From NCBI GenBank assembly GCA_002633005.1, contig NMRA01000100.1, positions 827,822 through 891,821 on the forward strand: 64,000 nt of DNA, read 5' to 3'. The translations under genes and the position numbers were made by a program. Position 1 is the first letter of the stretch; each line of letters starts with the position of its first letter. Shown piece after piece: positions 11,901 through 25,027 of this stretch. The notes beneath the pieces are model-generated. The model was not told the DNA's origin. It worked only from the letters and a program-made list of their open reading frames with translations, and did no database searches. The DNA is from Phoronis australis (lineage: Eukaryota; Animalia; Phoronida).

Positions 11901-14339
11901 CACAAACCATTTTCTCAACAGCAATAGATGTTTTGATAGCACACACAACAGTGTGATGTAATCAGGACCTCCAATCACACACAGCACTCTGGCCCAATCA
12001 AAAGTCTGTATCCATCTTGGTTTGACAGACAGGTGTCAACACTGCCAAAACATGGTGGTTTTGTACTGGTTAGACTGTTCCCCTGCATTTGTACCCTTCA
12101 TTTGTCCCCAAAATACCATAGAATTGCCCTATTTGTAATATCACATAGAAGACTTTATTACTTCATTGAGTTGATAATACCAAAGAATCACTCTCTTGGT
12201 GCTGTGGTTCATATTCCTGTAACCCACCAAAATGCTCACCATTACAGAACAACCCAGTTAAATAAAGACAATTGTAATTTTCTCTTATTTCTACACACAT
12301 CTACATATACTGACATCTAGGGGTAATGGTATTGAAAATTTAATAACTATTCTTGTCCATACAATATACTGTAACGTAAACAGGGATTAAAACAAAGGAC
12401 AAAAAGCAAAAGAAATTTCAATAAATAACATTAAAAGTAAACGTAGACTTTTTGTTCTGTTGTTATCTAATACTTCACGAACACTGTACTGTTTTACTAA
12501 TTCTAAAGGGCAGAATTTGTTCACACAAAAGAGAGCAGTAACCGGGGTTTTCAAAAAAGACATTCATTGAACAAACCACAAACATCTGAAATATATGCCA
12601 GGGATGAATGACAGAATGACGACTATAAGATTTACAACCCACTGCTAAATTCTGAACACCTTCTCATTAGCGAGATAAAAAAACTATTTACTTTAGACTG
12701 TGGCCAGCAGAGTCTCATTGCCACTTGACTCTTGGTATCTTCCACAAACAAAATTTTATATGTTAATAGTATACAATTGCGGCTAATTAAAAACCTTGAT
12801 ACAATTTGCCCCATGGGCAGTGGAATTATGGTTCAATGGGTCACAACCTCTATAGTCTCCGTCTCTAACTACTATGTAGCGGTGACTTTGAACTGTCAAG
12901 CCTCATTTGCCCCTATGTCCATGTGAATGGGGCATTCCTTTGCAACTATCTGTGCTGTTAACCAGGCTGTGACCCCCAAAAACAAACAGACACCTTAGAG
13001 AACAATAGAGGGTCACAACTAGTTTGTAACAGAAGGAATGTAAAACTAAAGCTGAGTCTCACCTACTAAATGGTAGTTGCAACTTTTTCTGTAGCTGTGT
13101 ATTGTTTTGTAATTGTTACCCTTCACACCAACAGTTTAAAGTATTGCAACTTTAGTTTGTGGTTTCAGTCATTAGTCCTGAAGTGCTATGCTTACTGATT
13201 CACCCTTCAGCGCCTCTGTGCACCTTTGTTTCCAACAAGATTTGACACCAGCGCCACCTATGGACTTAAAACGTTTGCAATAGCCGTGTTCACACCAAGT
13301 TACAACAGTAACAGCGCCTCGTTGAACCAAGTTCACAGACAATTATAACAGCGTTACTAGTACACAACCAGCTTAGAAGAGTTCAGACAGAGTTGTAATC
13401 TTTAATAATTATCACTACTTTGGTATGAATAGGGTAGGCGTGTTAGTCAGTAGGTGAACACTAAATGAATGAAAGCCATTTTGATTCAATGAATTACATG
13501 ACGCTTAAAACTAAGATATAATTAGGTCATCATTATAAAACATTTAAATGCTTTTGCAGGTACTGAGAAATGTACCCGGTGATAAAATGTGCTACAGCAG
13601 AGCTGCTCATATTGAGCAATCGCATTTAATGGCTTCTCAATTGGCATAATGCACTGTCCAAGTGGACTCAAAAACAGTTGCTTCCTGCCTGGCTAATCCA
13701 AACCAGAAATTGTTTATCAAATCTGATTTATTCAGCTAACACTTAAAAGCCACAATGTTTACATATTTCATGAACTGTTACTGGAGCTGTCCATATTTTT
13801 TCAACAATTTACTAAAATTAGACCAGGAATTTGTTTAGTCTGTTGATAATAAATGTCATCATTGAAAACTGACAGTTAAAAAAACTTCTGAAGCTCACTC
13901 ACTTCTTCACTGATGTAGTCACATTCATTGGTCAATAGAGGTCACCTGAGTAAAGACCTTGCTTCAGGCTATAAAAGCAACCACAAACTCTGGGTGAGGA
14001 AAAGTCAATTCCTTACTCAGAGAGAGAGTTTTGGTCTTTGCATTATGCTAAACAAACAAGACAAAGCCTCAATCTCCCTGAATAGGTCTATTGTCCACCT
14101 GGGACCTCAATGTTCCTTGGGGGTTCCGGTTATTAAAGAAACTACAGGAATTCCAAGAAAACACCAAAACCTCAGTTCTAAATGTCACTAATGGGTACCA
14201 CAATATGTAAACAATGGGTGTTAAATGAGGTCTTTTGAAGCTTTCAACCACATTTTTAAATTAAAACATCATGAAAGGTGGTTGAAGAACATGTCACAGT
14301 TAAAAAAGATAAAAAAATTAACTACAAATCCCGATCATT

Positions 14340-14607
14340 TGAGTTAATCCAAATAACCGAAGTTTGCTTGTAATAATGAACTACAGCAACAAAGTACATG
14401 GCAAAATGAGTTAATCCAAATAACCAAAGTTTGCTTGTAATAATGAACTACAGCAATAAAGTACATGGCAAAATGAGTTAATCCAAATAACCAAAGTTTG
14501 CTTGTAATAATGAACTACAGCAATAAAGTACATGGCAAAATGAGTTAATCCAAATAACCAAAGTTTGCTTGTAATAATGAACTACAGCAACAAAGTACAT
14601 GGCAAAA
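14340..14607. repeat. 67-bp tandem repeat, 4 copies
   Basis: Unit tgagttaatccaaataacc...gtacatggcaaaa starts at 14340, 14407, 14474 and 14541; copies are nearly identical. Confidence 0.97.
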
Positions 14608-16779
14608 ATAATCAGACAAAATCCCCCTCCTCATCATGACAGCTAAATCTATTAATACCACAAAAATTTACAAGTAATTACCACCAGTATGGTGGTAAAT
14701 TTATGATTAATCAACTTCACGAACTTTCCCATCTATTCTTCTTCATTCTCTGTCATGAGGAAAGAATACTCTGCTCAGCCTGTCATGATGGGAAGACTAC
14801 TCTGCCCAGTCCGTGGTGATGGGGGAATTCCCGGTCAATTTGTCTGGCTTTTAGCATGCACTGAACATGGAAAAAATCAACACACTGCCACAAGATGACC
14901 CACCTAACACACGATGAGAACACCACCTTTTCAAGGTAGAATATCCGTGTTCCGCAAGGCTGGTTATTTGTGAGTGTGGCAGTCTTCACCAGAAGTTGCC
15001 AGGCGTAACAAGCGAAGCAAACGTCGAGTATCTTGTGTTAAGGGACACTTGATAATCACCTTGTTCCAGCATGTCCTGTATTCACATGAACCAGTGAACA
15101 CAAACCTGATGCAGCACAGTGTGATTTGGTATCAGTTCACTCTCGCAAAAGTCACGACTTATGACGATAGGAAATGACAGCAATCTGAATGGTGTGCAGT
15201 CAGTCATATGAAGGGCACTGGTTCACACTGACACAAAATATACCTGACTTTCACACAAATGCATCAAAATATTTCTGAAATAGTGCAACATAAAAAATAG
15301 AAAATCACACTGGTTCTGAATTTTGTTGCTGCTCAGTTTTTTTCCAAATGTTAATAGACGAGTCTATTATATAGTTTGTTTTACATGTACTTTCCATCAT
15401 GTAAACTAAATGCCCTTTTAGTTTTAAAACAATAGCAGCGTGACCACTGTGCACACCACGAAATAATTCAAAGTCCAGAGTGTGTCATGCGACTGGAAAT
15501 CATTCTCATTTTAAGAATGTTTGGCAAAAATCAACAGTTCTGTTGAGACCATCACACCTTGCAGAACTACTCAACCACTAGCTGTGCAACTATTTAAATA
15601 GGACTTTAATAAAGAAACTCACATAGCAGAGCCATTTACACCTTACATGATGTAAATAGTCAAGTTTACTAGGTAAATAAACATTCCAATTATGTAGGAA
15701 ATCTACTCCATTGGCATACAGCCAGCAAAATACAAAAGTAGGTCTCTTGTACAGTGTGAAGAACAACACTGGGAATACCTTTGACATAATGGGATGCGAA
15801 AATGTTCATTCAGTTCTTTCTGAAATACACTACTGTACACTCCGACAAAAATAATTGTCAAAATTTGGTGTTCTTTGATTTTTCAAAGGCTTCCAACATT
15901 GTTCTGCATGCCAACTGATTCTCAAAACATTGTCTGATAGTATAAAACTTAAAGACAGGCAATGCCTTGTGCTAATTATCTTGAACTAAAAAATTTCACT
16001 TGTCAGCCACACGTCGTAAACTACGAGATTATATCGTAATGTAATTCTCCACTCACTTAGCACACAATAAGCCAAAAACATGGAATTTTATCATGCCAGT
16101 TTTCTAAACAAAAATGAAGTACTGTCATAGTTTGAACAGTACAGCTGCCATAACACGGCATGTAGTTAAGCAAGATTAATTTTAAGAGTGTGGCTTACAT
16201 CATCGGCGCGTAAAAAATTCCATTAAAAACGATGTGATCATTAACTTTGTCCCACAAGTGCATTAAATTTGTGTTGCAACTGCGACTCATTTTGTCTCAA
16301 TGTGCACAGATTCTAACACGACAATGCACAGCAACTGATCAAAACTAAGATACGAAGGGATATTTGCTTTTCTGATATAGCGACCATCTTAATATTTTTT
16401 AAAAATATAGTGTATCTGATGTTTACAGTAGTACAGCTAAGTAGCAGAATGAACAACATGTTCATCGATTATTTAAAGGTTTATCAAGCTGTATCAAGCA
16501 GAGAAGAGGACTTCAAGAGGTCAAGATCATGGTGAGAGGTCGCCGGAGTTCATTCGGGCCAATCACCTAGTAAGGGGGTAATTAATTATACCTGTAGCTC
16601 TAACATGTGACAAATCATGATAGGTCCCCAAGTTTAAATGTTATATTCAGTGAAGACCAAGTGTTTGAGGGTCGATATGTAAAACATGAGCCCTTCTCCA
16701 AAAACAACATCGAGAAGAAGGAAGAAATCCATGATAGGTTTGGGTCAGGGGCTGCCTAATGATTCCTGTGACAGTTAAG

Positions 16780-17030
16780 AAATGAGAACCTCAGAACTGT
16801 GACACCAATTGCTAACACAACCTCGTGATTCACGTCACAACCTTGAGCTCTCATTGCAAGAAATGAGAGCCCAAGCTTACAACGCCAATTTGCGGTCACA
16901 CCCTTGTGATTTTCGTCCTGTCACAAGTTCAAGCTGTCATTGTACAAAAAAATGAGAACCTAGGATTATGACACGAATCGCAGGCACAACCATGTGGTTC
17001 CTGTCACAAGTACTGAAAGCTCCTATTGCA
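16780..17030. repeat. Diverged ~80-90-bp tandem repeat, about 3 copies
   Basis: Recurring aaatgagaRcc...cacaMcc..gtgRtt...gtcacaa...agct at ~16780, 16861 and 16950. Confidence 0.7.
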
Positions 17031-18207
17031 TCCAACACAAATCGTGTATGTATCGTCACAATTCCTGTTACAAGCCCAAGGACGCAATGCTGATCTTTCC
17101 TTTTTGGGGAGGGTCTCGTCTTTCACAGGCACGTGATTCCTGTACAGTGTTGCAATCAGTAATACAAACTCCGGTTACATGACATACATCACATGGTTGA
17201 ACATGTGACTCAGTGTCTAATGTTTGGTCTCATCCTGTGTTGTAGAAGGGTTTCAATTGTTAGAATAGAATAAAATAGAATAATGACCTTTATTCCAAAC
17301 TCTGTGTAGAAGGTTTTCAAAATAAACTGGACAGACTATGACGCTGTGTATAAGGAAACAAGACTGTGTTCTGTTTTTATTTCTCAAAAAATAAGTCATG
17401 GGCATTGATTGAGTCATATCATTATTAAAAATTATCAAAAGCACCACATTTGCAACTATTAAGGCTGGCAAGATTGGCAGGCGAGAATAAATCAAAAGAA
17501 TCACATACCTAAGTCACAAGTCCAGGGGATGAACTTTGAATTCAGAAAAAGGAATGCAGTTTATCAGATGTAAAACTGTTGAAAAATCCACTTGTTCACA
17601 AGTGGCTGGAGAGAGAGAGAAAGAGAGAGACAGATAGCATGTTGGACTTCAGCCAGAAGGTGAAGTGTTTATTTTCACAAATTTTTCAAAAATGTCATAC
17701 TTGTTAGCTGGAAGTTACAAAATACTTAAACCATGTTTTAGCTGTGAGTACCAGCTAAAACACTCAATGCAATAACATAACTTGAAAACCAGGTAGATGG
17801 GCAAGCTTAAAATAACAGATATAAGATTCTTGATTAACTTTAATTCACTTTACATTTCTTTGTTTTGAATTGACCATAACAAATGAGGAGTTTGCCAAAA
17901 ACTTATGGAAATAACTCTCCATGATTTTCTCATTAAAGGATATTAGGAATCACAGTGTCTGGGGACACCATTTAAATTCAGGTTAATTACAATGTGCAGA
18001 CTATATGGTCATTAAGCAAGCAAGCAGACTACAAAAGTTGAGGGATATCTCGTTTTTTATCAGAATTGGCCCCCATATACTGATAAGCAGTCTAGGGAGA
18101 TAATGAGCAAACCCAGGGACTGTGAATTCCTTTAACTGCCTCACACATGCCAAAGTAAAGATAAGAAAATTCAGGACTCTAATGTCTTAAGTTAAATCTT
18201 AGATTAA

Positions 18208-18929
18208 AGGGTCATTATCTGATTTACGGCTGAAAAATGTTTTTTCAGGATTATCGTTGGATAGGATGGACTTGTTGAAGTTATTAGCTTTGAGCAGAGC
18301 TACAAAACAACAAAATCCATTGTTTTTGTGATTTTATTACAAATCTCTTATTCACGCAGTCATCTGCCAATGTTCACTGAAATCAAGACAGGTGGCTTTG
18401 CCTATGAAATATGCTTAAAATACTTTGCCCCAGCCTATCTTCAGCAGTAACTCCAGTAAATTTGGTTCCTACAGAATGTTAAGAGCTTCGCTCTGAGCCC
18501 ACTAGTGCCATAAACTGTCAAATGTAACGAATTGTAAGGCCTATTGGCTTGCTTTTGCCTATGCCACTGCAAGAATCACCATTTAATTCAAACAGCTTCC
18601 ACTAACACCCACTGAACACAAATGAGTCCTATTCAGATCTCTATACAATACAACTGTTATCAGTCTTTTGTCGTTTTGCCTGGGATCTCCTGGTGACACA
18701 ATACGGCACGAAATGGCAGCTTCACCTATCATTTGAGGGGCCAACATGTGCATGATTGAATTCGCGTTTTCTCATTTACTGAGGCTTTGCTAAGACTACC
18801 TGGTTAGCCCAATACATCTAAAATAACAAAATTCTGATGAAGTTAGACTTAACGAGTGGGATTTTGCCAGTAGAGCAAGACTTTTGAGGCTAAGCTCAGA
18901 AAATTCCTTTTTTCACCGATAATGTCTCT
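18208..18929. mobile_element. Non-autonomous TTAA-target DNA transposon (Kolobok-like)
   Basis: TTAA|agggtcattatc...gataatgtctct|TTAA, with purine-purine termini. A related right end, cagaaaat...ccgataatgtctct, ends at 48997. Confidence 0.7.
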
Positions 18930-20991
18930 TTAAGATTTAAAGATATAGAACCACCTCATGAATTGACACATAGTGGTCTTACTTTTTTAACTCTGCTTTC
19001 ATGAGCCAAAATCCTCAAATTACACATTAAAATTAACCGTTTTTCCAAACAATAAGACTTGTTTTGTAACTAAGGAAACTGTTGACCCTATTTGGTCAAT
19101 GACTAAGAAATTTAAATTATGGCACACCAAATCATAAAAACAGACTCACATGGAAAAGCATCCTCCCAAGTCGAAAGACCGAATACTACAAAAACTACAA
19201 CCATACAGTATTTGGACAAGACAAGAAAAAGTTGCACACAAACCTTTCGGCTCATCCTCAGAAGTCTTTTCTTCCATCTACAGGCTTTCCTAAACTGAGG
19301 CCCATTCATACTTTTGAAAATCGTATAAAAATATTACAAAAATATTTGTAGACTGTGTCTCATGCAATGAGACTCACTGATACGGGACTGCAAACAAATA
19401 GTGGCTTCCGTGCACCTATTATATGCAACAATAACATGAACATCTTGCAGACAAAAGGGTTTCCCTAGAGGACGGAGGAAAAATTTCCGTTTAATTCTTT
19501 GCCACGATGTGGTCTTATGCGAACATATGGACACAATACTCCATCAATCTTCCCTCCAATAACAAGACTGACTATCCGCGGGTGATTTTACGAGTCTGAC
19601 TTATGAAATATAGTATAATCAAAAATGCATACAAACAATAGGCACTTCATTATTAATCCCTTTGTTTTCTCAGAGATGATCTGATCCCTGTAGTATGAAG
19701 TCCATCTGTTTGATGGAGGACGCTTCATTGGTTGCTGATAGAGGATATATTTAACATGGTTTTAAGGCCACTAATGTGATGGAACTAGCCCCTAACTGTA
19801 TTACTGTCATGTCATTTCCCTATGGACAAAAAGGTTTAATTGCACAGTAGAAGCCTTTGCAGACAAACATGACACCTCTCACATTAGTGGTTAGTGAAGG
19901 CCTCTGTTTTAATAGTCCATAAAACTGTCTATTATACTAATTGGCTTGGTGACAAGAAAAAGAAAAATGACAATTAAAGTCAATAGAATTAAGAAATTGA
20001 GATATATTGAACAGCCACATCTAATCTCGACAATTTTGACACGTCTTAACTGGTTTGTTGACAGTTAAAGATTGAATTTACAGGAATGTATATTGAGTGA
20101 GCTGTGTGATTTCTCCCTTCTTGCACAACATCCAAAATGCACTGAAGTTGACCGTTTCATACTTTACTATGCATATATTGACAAACCCAACCTAGCTAGA
20201 TTCATTGCAGTGATGAAAAAACCCTTTTCAACAGCAATACTAATGATGCATCATAAAATACCTTGCATTTCCAACATTTTTTTTGAAAAATTGTTCAAAA
20301 TGGTCACAAGAGAAGCGAATTATTTGCCACTCGATTAACTGAACGACTAAGAAAAACTTAGTTCACACAGGTAGATCTATCACAAATTCTAAAAATGGCA
20401 TGTTGCCACGTTTTCGTTTTTGGAGTCGGCCCACCCTCCCAAATCCACCTATAGTTCCAAAATCACATTCCCTTTAAAGCATTGCTTCTGTAAATGTCAA
20501 TCCTAATTAGGGCCAGAGACTGGGGTCAGTCCTAAGACACTGTAATTAGGTAATATTAGTGTCAATCAAGGATTCTAATTGCAGAAGACTAGATTGCCCC
20601 ACACAATGATAAGCTAATTTCTACCAGAGACATGTTTGTCCAACAAACATTACTAGCACCTTGGCCAGTGTTCCTTCAGACACTTGGCATATCTACCATT
20701 ACAGAAAGATTAACATTGGTCAGATTTACAGAACCAGCAGAACCATTCAAAAGATTTGTACAAGATCTGCTGTGGTTATCTATTCTACTTATCATGAGAA
20801 CAGATCTAAGTTTCTTTTGTGTGGAACAATGCAATATACCACATAAGGGAGGACTGTACAGCAATAAAACACTGGCTGAAACACATTGCGATAACCTACA
20901 CTAGTACTAGTGACTTTAACAATTTGGCTTCTAAGACTGAATTCCTAGTGAAAAGTTAGGTTCAAATCATTCTCCCGAAATATGATAAAAA

Positions 20992-21201
20992 TTAGCCAAA
21001 AACGATGCAATAGGATGGTACCAAATAGAAATCTCTGAAGTCCTGGAAAAATGCATTTTTGTTTAACTGACCTCGTTTTAGAAATGTTGGGCTGATTCTA
21101 GGTGTCCTAAAACATAGCATCCACAGACACTTCGCAAGTTTTTCCCTGCCTGTGCCATTGGAGTTGCAGCCTCCAGCACAGCAGTGAAACTTTGTCATCA
21201 T
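20992..21201 (-). pseudogene. Decayed THAP-domain-like N-terminus (transposon relic)
   Basis: MMTKFHCCAGGCNSN...EKLAK resembles the THAP start M-x3-5-CC-x-x-GC-x-N. The downstream CxxHF motif is not recoverable. Confidence 0.4.
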
Positions 21202-22523
21202 TGGAAGGACGAATACAGTTGATACAGTAGAACAAAAACTTGAAAAAGCAAGACACAAACAAATAACATGAGGAAACGAGGCTAGAGAGCAGCTTTGACA
21301 GATGTTGCTGCAACCTTGTGGGTAAATACAACAAAATTCAAGTGTTCCTATGACACCCAGGACCGTTGTATTGCATTCTGTTTGTTGATCAGAATTTCAG
21401 TCAGCATAGCCATGCTCATTTTAAGGTATCGTAATTGCAAGTCGTGATGAGACATGAAAGATTGTTGAAATGTCAGTGCTAAACGATGACCTAGATTGAT
21501 ATCTGGATCAGGAAACTGATATTGGCTGGAGTTGAAACTACAGTGATATTAATAAAACGGTTGAATTCTCTACACTTTGCATAAGAAATCCATTTTTCCA
21601 AAAAGTAACATATATATTGCATGCTTCAAACATTTCAAATTACTTCATGTTAAGCGAGGTGGATTAACCCCAAATGGAGCAGCAAATATTATCAACCCAA
21701 GGTGCAGCGAGACATTTACCCGGTATGTTCATGAGGCACACACAAACCTTGAAGTCAATGAGATGTTTCGTAAATCTTCAGCAATTGTGCTCAAATATAA
21801 CAATCAAAATTTCCATTTTCAGTTTTTTAAGGCTGACTTCATCGCTGTAGTGCTTGAAACTGACCATGTGTTGTTTCATGACAAATAATTTTAAATTACC
21901 TTAGCTAAGAAATTTGACATGATGTAATTCCAAGTTTCTGTCATATTGTGTGTTGAACACATGAAGTCGCAACTGAATAACCCGCCCCCAATCACCACCA
22001 GCTCACCTCTGACCCCTGGCCCAGCCTACTCTCTTCGCAATCATCAACTTCAATCAAAAGTTAAATTTTGTTGAAATAAGCCACATATTCTTGAGCTTCA
22101 AGAAAGAAAGGCATTGTGCTGGATGGAGCACAGGCAATGTCAGGGTGGAGCCAAATCTGCCAATTAAACCTGCAGGACCACCCAGTGTGCGCCAGTCAAT
22201 GGATTTTTTCACCTCCATTATGTCACATTACAGGCTTGATTTGCTGAACATGACTGGAACCAGTGGGGCACACTGCACGCAATTTTTATCCTGAATTCTG
22301 GTTTCAGGCTTATCACTCAAGAACGCCAACTGTGACACACTTGAGAACGCTTCTACAAAAAACTGTTAAAACAAAGATAAGGCTCGTCTGTATCTAGGCA
22401 ATTACATCACCCTGAATGTCGCAGGCATACATCCCCAAAAAAGTTACTCATTTCAAAATATAGCAAACAAAATCGAATGAAACATGCATACGAGTATATA
22501 ATAAAGTTATAATTAACACATAC

Positions 22524-23345
22524 CATAACTCTGGATACAATTTAGTCAACATAACTCGAACACATCCATCAAAATCTGTCGCGATTCGCTCGAGTTTCTC
22601 TCAATGGGTGCCATTTTGAGGAAGTTACGTGAAATCACGCCTTTTGACAAACAAGAAGTCCAAGGAAAACAAATCTAACAAATTTCACCTGATATCTTCC
22701 CATGCTATTTTGCAAGTGTCACGTGCCACGTCACACGCTTTACTCAGTCTCGCGCAAGCCTTTGCCTAACTCACGTGACTCAGTTGAAATATTTTTGTGG
22801 TTATCGCGCGTACAGTGAAAAAGTCAACGGTGACCAAAAAGTGGAGTTACAATTCTTCACCAAAGTCACCTTATAGAAGCAGAGAGGATCGCTAAAGAAA
22901 GTAAGCACCTTTTTAAGTGATGGTTTTAAGTGTAGACTGTATTTTTGATGAGGTGAAAACTCTTAATCGGTGACCGTATTTGGCCTACCACCCGTTTAAA
23001 ATACATGTGACGAAATGCATATATAAAGCGATGGGTAGTATTGTAGCCCCTAACCGGCCAACCGAGGGGGCTACGTGTTGCCTAGTCTGTATCCAATTCA
23101 TTAATTTCAAACCAGCACTCATACTTAAATAAAAAAGCGCATCAATTTCGGACACAGTCTCAAACTTTTTCCTGAAAAGCCCCACACAGACACAGCAGCA
23201 AAGTTTAAACATCACTGTTTGTCCAGTAAGGCACTGCTTCACACGCTAGCACGCATACGCAAGCACCCACACACACACGCACCCACACACACTCACGCAC
23301 ACACACTCGAGCGTTGCTCCCCTCCCCCTGCCTCACGCACACCAG
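22524..23345 (-). promoter_or_regulatory. Candidate internal KIF26 promoter and alternative first exon
   Basis: CpG-rich island in an otherwise CpG-poor intron, (CA)n-like tract at ~23245-23310, donor ATG|gtatgt at 22524/22523. Confidence 0.45.
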
Positions 23346-24019
23346 TGCAGCCTACCCCTCCCTTAGTCGACATAAGTGCAAAACTTTATCACTTTTGCTG
23401 GTCTCAACTAAAACAATACGGCACCACAATTTTCAAAACAAGGGAAGACCAGAACCACCTATGGTTTGTATGGCCTACAGTGAAATGCAAAACTAATTTC
23501 ACACAAAAACAATTGCCTCTGTGCCTCATTTTTCATTTTCAAGACTCACTATTAAAATGCTACAAATTTTATCAAAGTTCTGTTTTATGAGAGCTATTCA
23601 GTCTAAATTGCTCTAGTGATGAAGTCAAGTTTTTCTCAATGTCATCTTTTGTGAGAAAAATAGAATTCCACATGTCTGTCATTCCGTGTTCTAAACTGAA
23701 GAGCGTTATCGTAGTAGTTAACTCAGTTTTCTTGTAACATTTGGGATTCAGCATGCATCATTTAACAAGTCTCATTGAACAATTCTCTACTTTATGTCTT
23801 ATATCATTTACATTTGATTTCAGTATACTGGACTGGGGCTTTCATAACTAGTGACACAATTAAAAAAATTAAAAACTCAGAAAATACCTTGAAAGCGTCC
23901 GTCTACATTTTCAATATAACTTTTGAATGGAATACACACTGCAGTGGGAATTAGTCCTCGACTTTTTGAGTGGCACATGCTCCCAGTTAGAAGTGAGGAG
24001 ACATGAATCCCCTCAGATC

Positions 24020-24125
24020 CTGGATTAATTCCGGCACACAACCAAGCATTGCACAACTGCCTATTTAGTCCTTGAGTGAGCTCAGTATTGACTGGATGCA
24101 AGGGAGAGAATGAGGACCTGGGCAT
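24020..24125 (+). mobile_element. SINE body fragment
   Basis: agcattgcacaa and tgcaagggagagaatgaggacctgg are shared with the 47620-47838 copy. Confidence 0.55.
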
Positions 24126-24833
24126 GATATTGCAAAAATTGGGAACCAGGGGGTTATAAATGTTTTTAACTGAAATCATCAACTAAAGACAATAAAATCA
24201 ATCAGGAGCAACAAAATGGATTGTCTTCCAAACATTAGTAACTTTGGCTCTGAAGTACATACAACTGCCAGACAAACACATGGACAGCATTAGACCAAAT
24301 GTTGATGACATGAACAGACAACATACACCAGAAGACATATAAAATTAGTGTGCAATAATTATGACAACCAAACTAATGGTGCTCATTGCACACATAAATC
24401 TCATGGGTGACATTTTGGTAATGATGGCCTAAATGTCAGTGGCCAGCATCAGAGGGTCAAAGTGGTTTATGGTGAATTAATCAGCTGTAATGACTGTAGC
24501 AGACATAGATTAGGGGGACTTGTGGCAGGACCCCACATAGGCAGCACAGCTGGTGAGGTGACCGAGCCAGCACAACACCTCACTGTGTAGGTGCCCAGCT
24601 GGGAAATTAAAGAACAAAATTCTTCAGTTCTGAACACAACATGGTGAACAAGTACAGTTTGATTTTCTCAAATTTCTAAGCAAAATCAAAAGTTAAGAAA
24701 GCTTGCCTTCATTATGTACTGCACAGCTAACAACAAATAAAACAATTCTAACATTTGATAACTTGGAAAAATATAGTCAGCCTTTGAAAACTGGAAAGTC
24801 GTTCTTCCAATCAATTTTGTTCAAAATGTAATT

Positions 24834-25027
24834 GGTCTTATTGTAAATTAAAGAGTGATTGTGTGCGCATTATTAGCAACCCACGAATCTGCAATATCAA
24901 GAGATGGTTTAGAGTGGTATTATCCACGAGAAAAGTGTTTTTACGAGATCACCTTCAGCGCAGAATCAAACCCGGAACCTTTGCAGTTGTAGCCTAATGC
25001 TCCCTTGATGGAGCTAAACGTGACTCC
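24834..25027 (-). mobile_element. tRNA-derived SINE or tRNA-like pseudogene
   Basis: TAGCTCCATCAAGG A-box-like and GGTTTGATTC B-box-like motifs. The tail taataatgcgcac...caataagacc resembles the tail of the 41482 copy. Confidence 0.5.

Noticed and set aside
24950-25027. Functional tRNA gene
   Set aside because: A and B boxes are degenerate and the stems do not close into a cloverleaf; better explained as a SINE head.
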